A stretch of DNA of 64,000 nucleotides from Azolla caroliniana. Its lineage: Eukaryota; Plantae; Polypodiophyta. Positions 38,020 to 51,317 of the stretch are shown here, piece by piece. The stretch lies in contig JBHGNT010000004.1 in the NCBI GenBank assembly GCA_043228905.1, positions 23,374,001-23,438,000 on the forward strand, read 5' to 3'. The notes beneath the pieces were generated by a model. That model was not told the DNA's origin. It ran no database searches and saw only the letters and a program-made list of their open reading frames with translations. Positions within the stretch are counted from its first letter, which is position 1. Each line of letters opens with the position of its first letter. The position numbers and the translations under genes were made by a program.

Positions 38020-40869
38020 ATGGGCCTCATCCCCTCGATTGGATGCTTTTCTCAAATCTTGATCAAATGCAGGGGAAACAGAAACAGATTGCATGCCCTT
38101 CAGCTGAATAACCTTATGCACAAGAATGGGTTAGAATCTCACAGATTGCTTGGTAATTACCTTGTCCCACTGTTAGTGGAAGTTGGAAACATAAATCATG
38201 CCCATCATGTTTTCAATTTGTTGATCGATCAAAATGATTGGTCTTACTGTTCTCTTATCTTGGGTTATGTTAAGCTCAAGAAGCCTCTACTCGCACTCAA
38301 TCTCTATCCCCAGATGCAAAATGATAGTTCTATATGTATTAGTGGACATACTTTCTTGGCTTTACTTAAGGCTTGTAGAGAGCTGAATGATGTGGACAGC
38401 CTCGTCGGCATTCATGATGAGATTACATGTACAGGATTGCTAAAAAAGGATGCCTTCCTAAGCAATGCATTGGTTGATGTTTATGCAAAATGTGGGTTCC
38501 TTTTGAAATCACAGGAAGTGTTTGATAAGATTCCGATTCGAGATGTTGTCTCATGGACAACACTCATTACAGGGTATGCGGAACATCAATATTATAAAGA
38601 AGCACTTGAGTGTTTTGAGCAAATGCAACTTGAGGGAATATCTCCTGATCCAGTTACATTCATTTGCATCTTGAGTGTTTGCAGCTCTTTGGGAGATACA
38701 GATGAAGCCCATCACATACATGCTGAAATTGAATTAAAAGGGTTTTTGGAAAAAGATCTTGTGCTTGGTAACACTTTGATCAATACATATGCCAAGCTTG
38801 GTTTGCTTATGGTTGCCCAATATGTGTTTGATTGTTTACAAACTCATGATGGAGTTTCATGGACCACTTTGATTGTAGGATATGCTGAATGTGGGCATGG
38901 GAAAGAAGCACTCGAGTATTTTGATAAAATGCAGCTTGAAGGGTTTTCTCCAAATGGAATCATATTTGTCTGCATCTTAAACATCTGTGGTGACATAGGA
39001 GCCATAGACAAAGGGCTAGAAATACATGTTCTGATTGAAAAAATGAAGTTTCTTGAAAAGGAGAGTGCTATTTGTAATGCCTTGATAGACATGTATGGAA
39101 AGTTCGGCATGCTTGCAAAAGCAAAAGGGCTTTTTGACGAGCTTAAAGTTAGAGATGTTATCTCATGGACAGCCCAAATTTCAGGTTACATTCAACATGG
39201 GTACAATGAGGATGCACTCAAGTGTTTTGATCAAATGCAACTTGAAGGTATATACCCTAGTGTTATCACTTACGCATGCATCTTGAAAGCTTGCAGTGGC
39301 ATAAGACACAGAAACAAAGGACGAGAAATTCATGCAGAGATTGAAAGAAGAGGTTTGTTGGAAAATGATCTGACCATTGGCGTCTGCTTGGTGGATATGT
39401 ATGTGAAATGTGACATGGTCACTAGAGCGCAACAAGTTTTTGATGAAATTCGAACTCGAACTGTTGTGCTGTGGACGTCACTCATTTCAGGATATGCTGA
39501 GCATGGACCATACTCAGAAGCAGTCAGATGCTTTGAACAAATGCAGCAAGAGGGCATCTCTCCTAATATTGTCACTCTGATTTCCATCCTAAAAGCATAT
39601 GGAGGACTTGGAGATGCAAATGAGATCGAAAAAATATATGTTGAGATTGAAAAAAAAGGATGGTTTGAAGGAAATCTGATTATTGGAAATACTTTGGTAA
39701 ATGCATATGCAAAATGTGGCTGTCTTACAGAAGCACAACAAATATTTGATCAGCTTCCATTACGAGATGCTGCTTCCTGGAATGCATTGATCACAGGGCT
39801 CCTTGAATATGATTATGGACAAGCAGCACTGGAATGTTTTGAACAGATGCAATGTGAAAGTGTATCTCCAACTGATGTAACTCTAGTTTACAGCTTGAAA
39901 GCATGTCGTACCATAGGATCTACCTACAAGGGTTGTGAAATCAGTGACGATATCAAAGGAACAGGACTATTTGAGAGAGATATTGTCCTTGGAAACAGTC
40001 TGGTTGATATGTATGTCAAATTTGGCTGGTTTGGCAAAGCATTAGAAGTCTTTGAAGGGCTTATGGTTCGAGATGTTGTTTCATGGAATGCTCTGATCTC
40101 AGGCTATGTGGAGCACGAGGACTGGAATGGAGCACTAAAATGGTTTGAGCAGATGCAAGTTGAAGGGATTTCTCCAGATTCTGTTACACTTGTTTGTTGT
40201 TTAAAAGCCTGTGGCAAGCTAGGGGCCACAGATAAAGGCCAGCAAATACATGCACATAGTGAAAGGAAAGGGTTGTTGGATACAGAAATTGTTCTTGGCA
40301 ATACCTTGATTGATATGTATGCCAAATGTAACATGCTTGCAATTGCACAAAAAGTCTTCTATAAACTTCCCATTCGAGATGTTGTGTCGTGGAGTGCATT
40401 AATAGCAGGATGTGGCCAACATGGACATCACAATGATGTTTTCTACATGTTTCAAAAAATGGTAGATGATGGTATAAAGCCAGATGCAGTTATTTTTACC
40501 CTCCTTCTCAATGCGTGCAGCCGCACAGGTTCATCTGATAAAAGTCAAATCTATTTTGAAGCCATGAGGAAGGACTATGCAATTGTTCCAACCCTTGAAC
40601 ATCACAATAGTATGATCGACCTTCTTTGTCGTGCAGGTCGATTGGGTGATGCGAAAGCATTGATGGATAACATGGCATTTTATCCTGATCATGTGGTATG
40701 GCTTACCATCCTGGCAGCTTGCAGAAATTGTGGAAATGTTACAATTGCAAAAGAGGCCTTTGAGCATGTAATGCTCTTTGATGGGATGAATGCAGCCGCA
40801 TATGTACTGATGTCTTATATTTATGCAGGAGACGATGTATGCAAGACTGTACTAATGAGAGTTGGATAA
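38020..40869 (+). CDS. Intronless PLS-class PPR protein with E domain and no DYW (949 aa), putative organellar RNA-editing factor
   Basis: About eight P-L-S triplets (DVVSWT/NALI.GY, PD.VTF..IL.AC, LGN.L.DMYAKCG), then PTLEHHNSMIDLLCRAGRL, PDHVVWLTILAACR (E1) and AAYVLMSYIYA (E2) before the stop. Confidence 0.93.
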   Translation: MGLIPSIGCFSQILIKCRGNRNRLHALQLNNLMHKNGLESHRLLGNYLVPLLVEVGNINHAHHVFNLLIDQNDWSYCSLILGYVKLKKPLLALNLYPQMQNDSSICISGHTFLALLKACRELNDVDSLVGIHDEITCTGLLKKDAFLSNALVDVYAKCGFLLKSQEVFDKIPIRDVVSWTTLITGYAEHQYYKEALECFEQMQLEGISPDPVTFICILSVCSSLGDTDEAHHIHAEIELKGFLEKDLVLGNTLINTYAKLGLLMVAQYVFDCLQTHDGVSWTTLIVGYAECGHGKEALEYFDKMQLEGFSPNGIIFVCILNICGDIGAIDKGLEIHVLIEKMKFLEKESAICNALIDMYGKFGMLAKAKGLFDELKVRDVISWTAQISGYIQHGYNEDALKCFDQMQLEGIYPSVITYACILKACSGIRHRNKGREIHAEIERRGLLENDLTIGVCLVDMYVKCDMVTRAQQVFDEIRTRTVVLWTSLISGYAEHGPYSEAVRCFEQMQQEGISPNIVTLISILKAYGGLGDANEIEKIYVEIEKKGWFEGNLIIGNTLVNAYAKCGCLTEAQQIFDQLPLRDAASWNALITGLLEYDYGQAALECFEQMQCESVSPTDVTLVYSLKACRTIGSTYKGCEISDDIKGTGLFERDIVLGNSLVDMYVKFGWFGKALEVFEGLMVRDVVSWNALISGYVEHEDWNGALKWFEQMQVEGISPDSVTLVCCLKACGKLGATDKGQQIHAHSERKGLLDTEIVLGNTLIDMYAKCNMLAIAQKVFYKLPIRDVVSWSALIAGCGQHGHHNDVFYMFQKMVDDGIKPDAVIFTLLLNACSRTGSSDKSQIYFEAMRKDYAIVPTLEHHNSMIDLLCRAGRLGDAKALMDNMAFYPDHVVWLTILAACRNCGNVTIAKEAFEHVMLFDGMNAAAYVLMSYIYAGDDVCKTVLMRVG

Positions 40870-40910
40870 TCTTTACTATGAGAGTTGGATAATCTTGGTT
40901 GATCATATGA

Positions 40911-41661
40911 CAGATTGGGGTGATATGATTCCAAATTTGTGCTATGATTTGCATTAGAAGCTTAAGAAAATTTCAATGCATCAGCCAATTCATTAAGGGG
41001 CTTTGGATGCTTGCAAAATATTCTATACAGGAAGGAATTATCATCAGAAGGAAAGCAATGATGTAACCATGATCATGTCACACAGATTGGGGTGATATGA
41101 TTCCAAATTTGTACTATAATTTGTGCTGGAGGCTTAAGCAAATTTCAATGCATCAGACAATTTGTTAAGGAGCTTTGGATGCTTGCAGAATCTTCTATAC
41201 AGGAAGGAATTTATCATTAGAAAGGAGCAATGATGTAACCAAAGGGGCTTTGGATGCTTGCAAAATCTTCTATACAGGAAGGAATTATCATTAGAAGGAA
41301 AGCAATGATGTAACCACGATCATGTCACACAGATTGGGGTGATATGACTCCAAATTTGTACTATAATCTGTGCTAGAGGCTTAAGCAAATTTCAATGCAT
41401 CAGACAATTTGTTAAGGAGCTTTGGATGCTTGCAGAATCTTCTATACAGGAAGGAATTTATCATTAGAAGGGAAGCAATGATGTAACCATGATCATGTGA
41501 CACAGATTGGGGTGATATGGCTCCAAATTTGCACTATACTTTGTACTAGAGGCTTAAGCAAATTTCAATGCATCAGACAATTTGTTAAGGAACTTTGGAT
41601 GCTTGCAAAAACTTCTAGACAGGAAAAAATGATCATTAGAAGGGAAGCAATGATGTAACCA
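40911..41661. repeat. Tandem array of ~173-bp units (~4.5 copies) directly downstream of the PPR stop
   Basis: CAGATTGGGGTGATATG recurs at 40911, 41083, 41330 and 41503, with an extra half-unit at ~41241-41329. Units share CTTTGGATGCTTGCA and AGCAATGATGTAACC. Confidence 0.92.
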
Positions 41662-43288
41662 TGAGATAAACTGTGATTGATAACTTACACAGATTTTTTC
41701 AAGACTACGTGTTAATTCTGAAGGATTTGAAGGAATTTATATCTGTCTTAGAATGAGTATAGACATGATACTTCTCATATTTGAAAATGACAATAATGGT
41801 TACATATAGCAAAGAAGCAATCAAGATGCATATTCAAGTATTCAAATTGAAAGAAATAAACATTCCTTTGTCATTTTAACTCAAGAAATACAAGTTTCTT
41901 GAAAAAATGCTGTGAAATGTCACAGATGACGACAGACAGGAATTGGGAGAATAACATATATTGGCAGAAGACTATCAATAAGGGTACAAAGAATACCAAA
42001 CCTCTGATTAATAGTGTTGCTAGGATGTTGGTGAACTATGGAGAACATATCTCATTTGAGAGATTTTTTTGCAATTGATTTTTATAATAGGTTTTTCTTT
42101 TCATTTTCTCTGTACTCTCTATGTTAGATCCTTACTCCTTTTCCTTATATCTAATAGTGTGCTAAGATTAAGCTAAGTTGGCTAATTACAGGGAATGTAT
42201 CTCATCGAGAAATTTCTTTGCAATTGACTTTTTTATCAGTACTTTTTCTTTAGTCTTTTCGTTTTTCCTTGAGATGTTTGTTAGAGGCTTTACTCTTTTG
42301 GCTTGCACCTAATCTTATGCTCAATTTGTTGCAGCAACATGATAGAGAATCAGGCTTCATAAGCAGGGAGAATTAGAGTATTACTACTGCCAAAATAGTT
42401 ACAAGAGGACTATCAACAAGTGGAAGTTTTTGGGAACCTGCCATTGATGTTGCTTGGCACTCAAATCTAGAAGTTGCTTGCTTACTCTGGTTTGACAATT
42501 GAGAATCTAGGCTATACAAGTGTGTTTTGTGAGTTTTTTTCATCTATAGGCAAAGACGTTTTAGGATCTTGATGTGTAGAAAGCAAAAAATTGTATGTTA
42601 CTTTATGGGCTTTGGGATTGTATGCATACATTCAACTTTAAAGCTTGGCATCAAGGCAATGTTTTTTTCACATTAGTTGCTTAATCATTACTTGAGGGCA
42701 TTCAAATTGTTTCCACCTTGCATCCCATTATATTAATCTAATTAACAGAGCGGTGATTTTGATCATAACCCATGCAATGCTCATGTTTCTAAAAACGGAG
42801 GTATTCCAATGATTAAAAGAGATCACCTTATTGTCATTAGGCCCTTTTTAACATGGAAGATGGCATCCATGTTAAACAAATTGTCCAAATGCTGCATCAA
42901 ATAGTATGATTAGAATTAAATCTTCTTGTTTAAGGAAGGTGATTAATTTGACCAATTGTGTTCATTGCTTATCTGACATTCAACATAATCATTTGCATCT
43001 TGTCCTTGGTACCCCTCTCACCCCTTTGTACCATCAAGAGATTGTATAATCCCCATCCCATCACATCAAGGATACAGAACTTTTATACCCATGGTTCATG
43101 TATCTTTTGCCAAACCATCATTCCTCATTGATAAGTTATCAACTTGGTGGTATCAACCCTATTCGTGGTAAACCATTGATAATATCCCTTGTTTTTACAA
43201 AACTGTTTTGAGAGTAAGACATTTGAGTATTCTGCTCCAACTGGTAAGGTTTTCAGTATTCCGGGCCTTGAATATTTTAGCATCATGT

Positions 43289-46200
43289 TTAGACAATCTT
43301 TTCAGATGAACCATTTGAACATTCCGCTTCAACTGCTAAAGTTTTCACTACTCCTGGGCATGGATCTTCTCCAAAGATCTCTACTGAAACAACCACAGAA
43401 CATCCTTCTCTTCCTATGCATGCCTGTTTCAAGATTTCCCTTTTCTTCAAAGACATGGAAAGGAATATATGCTAAAAAAGAGGGACAAAACATAATGTTA
43501 GACTTCTGACCTGTTCTATTGTGTGCATGGATCTTAGTGCATGGCAATTCCCTTTGTGGAAATGTCCACATTTTCCTGAAGGTGTTCCAAAACTTGCAAA
43601 TCTTATGGAAGAAATTCTCCGATCCTGTCCACAGTTGAGTCTTGCTTGTGGTTTGTAATAAGCATGAGGTTTCGTCTGCTCAATCAGCCAGACATCCACA
43701 GGGGGGAAATGCATTTCTGATACAGATGCACATATAGTAGGCATTGTGCTTATTCCAAAAGTAACCTCTGTGGGGTTGCCACCAATCTCCTCAAATAGAA
43801 CTAAGGAATTTCCAGTTGGTTGTAACCAACCTCGTGGGACGTGATACCTGAAAGAACAAACAGACTTTAGAAGTCATCCAGGTGATAAAATGATTTGACA
43901 AAAGAATTTTTGCACAGAACAGGGCCATAGTTGTGTGTCATAACACATTCCTAAATGGGCTTTCCACATTTGTGTTTGTAGGGACATTCATTGTAAGAAA
44001 ATCATTAATCACATACATAATCAGATATTCTCTTTTGAACACTTGCCATCTTTGGCTGGATTGGCCGCAGTTGATGTTGCACTTGGATTCATAGTAAGGT
44101 CCCCTATAGTCACACTTATCTGCGCAACCATGATGTGGGGCAAGATTGGCTGGCCAATATCGGCCAATACTTTTGCCATTGATCCATGCCTCGCCTTTTG
44201 TCATGCTTTGTAAGTCCAAAGCTACAGGTTCATCCATTATAGGAGCATCAAATGTCGTCTGCAATGATGAGGGTTGTAAAAACATGTTGTCAGAAGTCCG
44301 TGTGTGGGGAATAAGTATAATGGAGAACCATTGGACATACTTTGTACCAAGTCATTGGCGAATCTTGTAGAGACTTTGGTGCCGACTCCCAAATAGAGCT
44401 AGTGGATTCATCTTTAGAGAACAGTTTTAGCATCTCACCTTTCAACCCAATCTGCATTCTCATGACCATTGTATGATTTAAGAACACTATTATCCATAGC
44501 CATCGCTCTCCTCATTGAATTTTCTCTTCCAGTAAAAACAGCCATGCTCCATTAATAACTAGGTTGGATAAATAGAAGAGGTTCTTTCATACTACCTAGT
44601 AATTCTGGTCCTCATTAAAGTTAAATTTCCGGCCTCTATTTTTAAAGCACAGCAAGATGTCTTCCACCCATGATGAAACCCAGATTTGGTGTGTTCAGTG
44701 ATATAACCACAAACACCACAGTTCTAACTGCGGAGTCAGAAAGTCGACTTTAAACTGTTACGTTCAGCATTGGTTGTACATCCATGTCAAACTATAAAAT
44801 GGTTCAACAAATTCAAATTCGTCCTTATCATTATTTCCCTAATTAATCTGCAAAGGGATAGTTTTTACGTCCCAACTGTGCAACCTATCATTATTGAAAT
44901 CTCAGGCCATTTCATACTAGATCAGGATATGCAAGTTTTGTATTATGAGGTTAATTCGTAAAGAACAACCATGAAGATATAAGTTGAAGTGGCTGAAAGC
45001 TCCCATCATTGAGGACACAATGTATCAATTCTCTTCCTACACATAGTAAATATGGAGGTTTTTGTGATGGCATTTACAGGATGCATATCCAAGAGATTAT
45101 GCAGGAATATTACACACACATTCCCCTTTGAACTACTAATTTTTATCCATATAATAGTCCAACCATCGTGCATTCACATGTAAACTTCACATTTCTTGTC
45201 ATCACTTTCCATTTATCAGGTTCTGAGTATAGTTATGGATGTATAAAACAACCTTCGTTTACAAGACTCTGGTATGTTTATTGCAGCGTTACTTTCAATC
45301 AAACACTTTGACCTATGTTTTTATTAACCGAGACTTATCATCATAGAGCACAGTCTATTTATTCATAAGTTTCAAAAATGTACACTCCAGGATATTCAAT
45401 CTTACTAGTATCCATGGTAAACTTATTACCTAAGCAGACACTATCAGGACTTAAGCTGACTTTGACCTATGTTTTTATTAACCGAGACTTATCATCATAG
45501 AGCACAGTCTATTTATTCATAAGTTTCAAAAATGTACACTCCAGGATATTCAATCTTAGTAGTATCCATGGTAAACTTATTACCTAAGCAGACACTGTCA
45601 GGACTTAAGCTGATTAGCTAAGCAGACACTATCAGCACTTAAGCTGATTGGCTAAACAGACACTATCAGCACTTAAGCTGATAATCTACGCAGTCACCAT
45701 ATTAGTATCCATGGTAAGCTTATTACCTAAGCAGACACTATCAGGACTTAAGCTGATAATCTAACAGTCACTATTTTGTTACCTTAAAATTTGTATGTGA
45801 TTGTGCAAAGTACCTGATACAGCCAGCTTTGTGAAGGCAACTCATGTATACTACCATTTATGTCTTTCAACTGAACTGTCATAACACCTGCACCCCAGGT
45901 GTCAAAAGAAACACCCACATTCTACAGCACCAAGAAAATATCAGATTATGTAACCAGAGAACCTTTCCCAGGTATCTTTAATCCACAGAACCTTTCCCAA
46001 AACATACAAACCTGGAGACCTACAGTCATACTCAATAGTGCTATCTCATTGTAACCATGATCTAGAAAGATTGGAGTCTCGAGTATAAAACTTGGGTGTG
46101 CAGCCTTCCCATGACCAGTTCCTGCATCCTTGACACAAAATGCCAACCCTACAATCAGAACCTATCACATTATGTCATCAAATAAAGATAATCAGAGGGT

Positions 46201-49200
46201 GCATCAAACATTACCTGCCAGTTTTTTGTTTACGAAAACATGTAATGCATGCCCTAAAGATTTCACTGAAAGAGTTGCCATGTGGGTATTTCCATCTTCA
46301 TGAAAGCTATTTTCCCATCGAGTATATTAAAGTTTCAATTACAGTATAAATAAACTGAGAATAATGAATACCTCTATTTCTTAGAGCATGATACCTACCT
46401 TGTTATATACCAGAGATAATCAGTGGTATCCTTAGTTGTATTGATTTGCTCAGGAAAGTAAGATGGACTTCTGGAATGGACACCCCATAGACCAATGGGC
46501 TCTTTATAGAAATCCCATGCCAAGTGTGAGTACTTGAATTGTGACAGCAAGGGTGCACCATATTCATTAGGAGCTGGTATTGCAGGCACAGGATATATGT
46601 GTTTCATTACCACCACGGAAGTTTGTGAGTTTACCTGTGAATATGAGTTCTGACTGCTGTAAGTAGCTAAAACTCAAACCAGAACATTATGTTATAGCAC
46701 AAGATATCACCTTTGCAGTATTATATACAACAGTTTTGCAGTCAGGAAAAATACTGACTGACCACGCAGGTAGATAATAGGATTTTCCATTATAAGTTAC
46801 AGTCATGGAAATTTTTTCATCATAATTTGCAAGGAATGCAGCACATATATTTCCTCCATTGCTATATATATGACCCTGCGATGAAATAATCACTATTTTC
46901 AATTGATATCCAGATCCAAAGAAATGAAAATTCAAATAAAATCAAAACAAATATCCTTGTTTATTCTTTCAGATTTTACTGATACATTTTGTCTATATTC
47001 CCTGTGAACTGCTCAATTTCTCCTGGCATACACATGTAAGATATTTTCTTTTCCTTCATCTTCATTCTCACAATTTGTATTTCCCATTTCATGTATTGTA
47101 GGATAGATTTGCGGCTGTACTTCTAAAGATTTTGCGTTGCTAAGAATTTCATTCCTGCTTGAAATGGTTTGATTTTAGTGTTATAACAATGCAAAGGGGG
47201 GAAAGAAGCAAACAATCGAACCAATTGGCTCTTTCTTTGGTTAAAGAGGTGATTTCTTCTAGCTAACCACTTTCGTTTATCATCACCAGAAGCTGTGAGT
47301 TTCAGACTCGGTAAGTGTTACATATGTCGAATAATGGTTCGTGGGACAGAAAATTTTGGAAGACCTGGCATTATTCATTTCTTCAGTTGTAGTTCTGCGC
47401 TACACAATTTTGATTACTCTGTTTTTCTTGCTTCTAAACCTTTTATTTGAAAGAATGTTTATTTGTCCCAAAAAGTTAACCTTAACTGATGTATCCACTA
47501 CCAAAGAAGAAGAATGAAGGTAAAAAAAACAAGCTGACCTCAATGTTCATACTTTTCTTAGCAACTACCTCTTGTTTAGGTCCATATGTAAAATTTTCAG
47601 CATTGCCCAGGACAAGAGCCGGCTCACACATTTTGATGGTCTCATGTAACTCTCTAAGATGGTCCCATTTTGGTAGTCTTGGGTTCCCTATCAGTATGAA
47701 ATCAACATTAGCATATCTTTCCATCTTGAGAATTTGAATTAAAAACAAAGAAATCTTGCTATTAAACTACTTGATCAGGTAGCAACTGAGAAAGAGACAG
47801 ATAGACAAGCAGTTTATATATTTAAAAAGTATAATAAAAGAAGGAAAGCAAACCATATTCATTTAATGGAGCATCATAGTCATAGCTTGTTGTAACGAAA
47901 GGTCCACCTGCTGTATGTCCAAAGTTGGTTCCTCCATGATACTGTAGTTCATCCATGAAGCTATTTATTGTTTACCATTTCAGTTTTTCCTATGGATTCA
48001 TTGCAATACTAATAGTTCTACAGTCTACCAAGTTCCAACACTAAAAACTGCAACCGGAAACTATACCATATAATAGTTAAGGAAAACACCACCCAGCTGG
48101 TAGAAGCGAGCAACTGAAAATGCAAGATCCTCAACAGGGCGATGCGGCCGTGAGCCTCCAAATGATTGAAGCCTGTATTTACAAAAAACATCTGGAATAA
48201 ATAAAGAATGCACTTTGAAAGTTTTGATGCTGATTATCTTTCTTGGTTTCAGAAAACACAAAGAAAGTAAGCTGGCATCTCATTCTTATGTTGATCAGTA
48301 AAATATTGTAATGGATCGTGAACAAGGCTGCAATTAGCCAAAGCAAAGGGAAACTTCTGATAGAGCAAAACGATAAGTGTTTATGGGTTAGAATACATAT
48401 CCTCATCAAACCACATAGACTGCCAGTCATGAATACAAATAGAAAGAATTTATTTGTATTATTGGTGTGGTAATGGACAACCAAAGAAATTGAGATCCCC
48501 GCTTCTAAATAAATTTACAGATATTTATGCGTGAGCTCTTTGAAATCAACCAAAGAAATGCAGATCCCCACCTCAATTTATGCAGTATGCACAGACAGTT
48601 CTTGGCATCTATCTTTTCTCCCTAAGGAATATATTACACTAATGAGGATTCTGAATGATTGCTTCTTTTCACCATCATGTATAGAAAGATACTCATGTAA
48701 CAATGCTGGTGATATGTATTGATAATGAGTCAAATCAATATCTTCTTATTTGATATAGAAGGATACTCAAACATAGATTTTCTTGGATATGCTTAAACAT
48801 GGTAATACTCCATTCTTATGGACATGGATGAGCTTTTATTTAAGCTACATATAGAGAGGAGGAAACTGTGACATAGTAAAGGATGATTGATCTCCATACC
48901 TCAGAGCTAGCAGAAAGAAAATGACAAGTATGAAATGTGAAGGTGAAATCTCAAGAAGTAAGATAAAGCCTTATTCAAAAAAGATATCAAGCACATGATG
49001 TGTTGACCTTTTAGGTGAGAATGTCCACACTAGTAGTAAAATGAGAAGATGCAAAAATTCTTCAATGAGATGAGACTAACGCATAACATTCAACCGAATA
49101 GATAGAAGAGTTTATTATGGAAAATAAAGTAAGAACGTTCATTATCATATTCTTTACAACTTCAAAGTATGAGAAGTGTAAAGATGGGCCTACCATCCGC

Positions 49201-51317
49201 TCCAAGCTTCCGTGCATATTTTTGGTTTTTCAGCAGAGTTTGGGTAGAAGGAATCACAGTAGAAACCATTCCAAGTGTTAATCTGCAAGTAGAAGAGGAA
49301 TCAAATGATAAAGAAAAAAAGCCATGACAGAGTAAACATGTGCAAACTCACAATTGGGGCTGGGGCATCTGATTGTTTGCACATGATCCAAGGTACACCT
49401 GTATCAAAAGCAAGCGCCATCTCTGCTGCCCAATGCATGTAACGCTTCCCAGGTTTGCCATAATGGTATTCAACAATGCCATATTCATTCTCGATCTTAC
49501 ACAGCACAACAATTAGTTAAGCTTCAATCAGTAACCTTCTTGTAAAGACAATGCTGTTTTTCTCATCAACCCAGCAGAAGTTTAAAAAAATGATACGGTG
49601 GAATTGCTCTACTACCTGAGATAATATGATAGGGCCACCTTGTGGATAATATAGATTCTTTTTCTTCATCATTCCTACAATTTCTGCTGTAAAATTCCAC
49701 ATTCTTTCCTGTATACACCACCAAATGTCTCGTTGCATACCTATTACCAATGAAATCAAAAGCAAAATTTTCTTTTGACAACAACAGTATGTACCTTAAA
49801 GGGTTCATTGTCATTGCGAAAGACAATCCCTGGAATAGAGTGAAGCCATACTGGGAATCCTCTGTGATACAAACATGTACATAGCACATAAACCATGTTC
49901 AAGGATATCATAAAAGGAAAATCACATAAAAAATGTATTAGTTAAGAGGAAAGACAAACCCATAGTTCCACTCAGCGCAGATGTAAGGTCCAATGCGCAG
50001 GCTAACAAATAATCCAGCTTCATGGATCAATTGTATGAAGTAGAATAGATCCAGTCTACCAGAAAAATCATACTGCAAAACAAAAGGGATGTCTTTCATT
50101 GCCAGCAATTAAGTGCAAATGATAGAAAAAATCCTTCATTTCATGAGAAATGATAAAAACTGAAATCTATGCATAAGATATGTTACAAAGTTCAAACAAT
50201 ACAGTTACAATAGCATTAGAGTTTGTTACATAGATGCTTCTTACAATTCCCTTTGTCGGTTCATGCAAGTTCCAGAACACATATGTTTGAATGACATCAA
50301 GTCCGCCATCTTTCGCTTTTGCTATGAGGTTTGGCCACATCTGCACCATTAAGCCTAAAAACAATAATTATCTTGGAGTGATAGGACCCCATTGTAAGCA
50401 CAAATCCAGTATTTTCCCGAGCTCAATGTTCACTTTAAGCTGAAGATCCATGTTTAAATTCCAAGTACAAAATGTAAAGCAATATTGTATGCTGAGGGCA
50501 AATCCTAGTGCTTTAAGCTCATGAGAGTTGCATGACTTTTAACACTTTGATCTCTTAGAGATTATTAATATGAGGTTTTTTTTTTGCTTATAGGAATCAT
50601 AGGTCGTGGTTTACTGAAAATGCTAGTGTATCATCATCATCATCTCTCTCATTGGAAAACACAAAATCCGTGACACTTTAGAAAACAAACTAATTCATCG
50701 TATCTTCTTCTTTGGTGTAAAATGGAGCATTGTATTATTGTATACACTGTAGTTATAGACTCACACAGGATCGTTTCAAACATATCTAACAACACCGCAT
50801 TCGTTGCAAATATCGTGCTCGAGATAGATTGTGGGAAATATATATGTTGGAGCACTAAAAGCACTACTGATGACACAGAGAGTCCATAATAATCACACCC
50901 AACCCCCTTAGATTGATGGGTTTGCACCACTAGCATCCAAAGTCATAAATTTGAGATAACCCAAATTTGATCCATGCCATTGGCTCGCGACCCCTATCTC
51001 ATAGATCCTATCTGGTTTCCCATGGATGTTCGAAATAAATTTATCCGTCTCTCTCGTTCTTCCGAACCTCATACTTGAACTCCAAAACCAATCATAAAAT
51101 CTATGTCTCTCTTTCTCTCCCTTACCTCCGGTGTGCTCCTAGGATAGTGGATGGAGCCAGATATGAGAATCCGAGGTTTCCCATCGATGATGATAGCGCC
51201 ATGATCATAACTTACATTTCGAGGACTATTATACAAGGAGTTAAGGATATTAAGAGCATTGGCCCTTCCACATCCAAGGGCACCAAGTGAAATGCAAAAT
51301 GTGAGAAGGCCCAACAT
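43289..51317 (-). CDS. BGAL: Beta-galactosidase, glycoside hydrolase family 35, with C-terminal SUEL/Gal-lectin domain
   Basis: About 19 exons. Signal peptide [15 protein letters not shown]; motifs [45 protein letters not shown]|IENEY (acid/base), TEAWSGW (nucleophile), NYYM|[57 protein letters not shown]. Stop at 43289-43291. Confidence 0.96.
45305..45770. repeat. Intronic tandem duplication (~154 bp x2) plus further copies of a ~30-bp sub-unit
   Basis: ACTTTGACCTATG...GGACTTAAGCTG is near-identical at 45305-45458 and 45459-45612. CTAAGCAGACACTATCAG.ACTTAAGCTGAT is repeated again at ~45618, ~45652 and ~45727. Confidence 0.9.
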
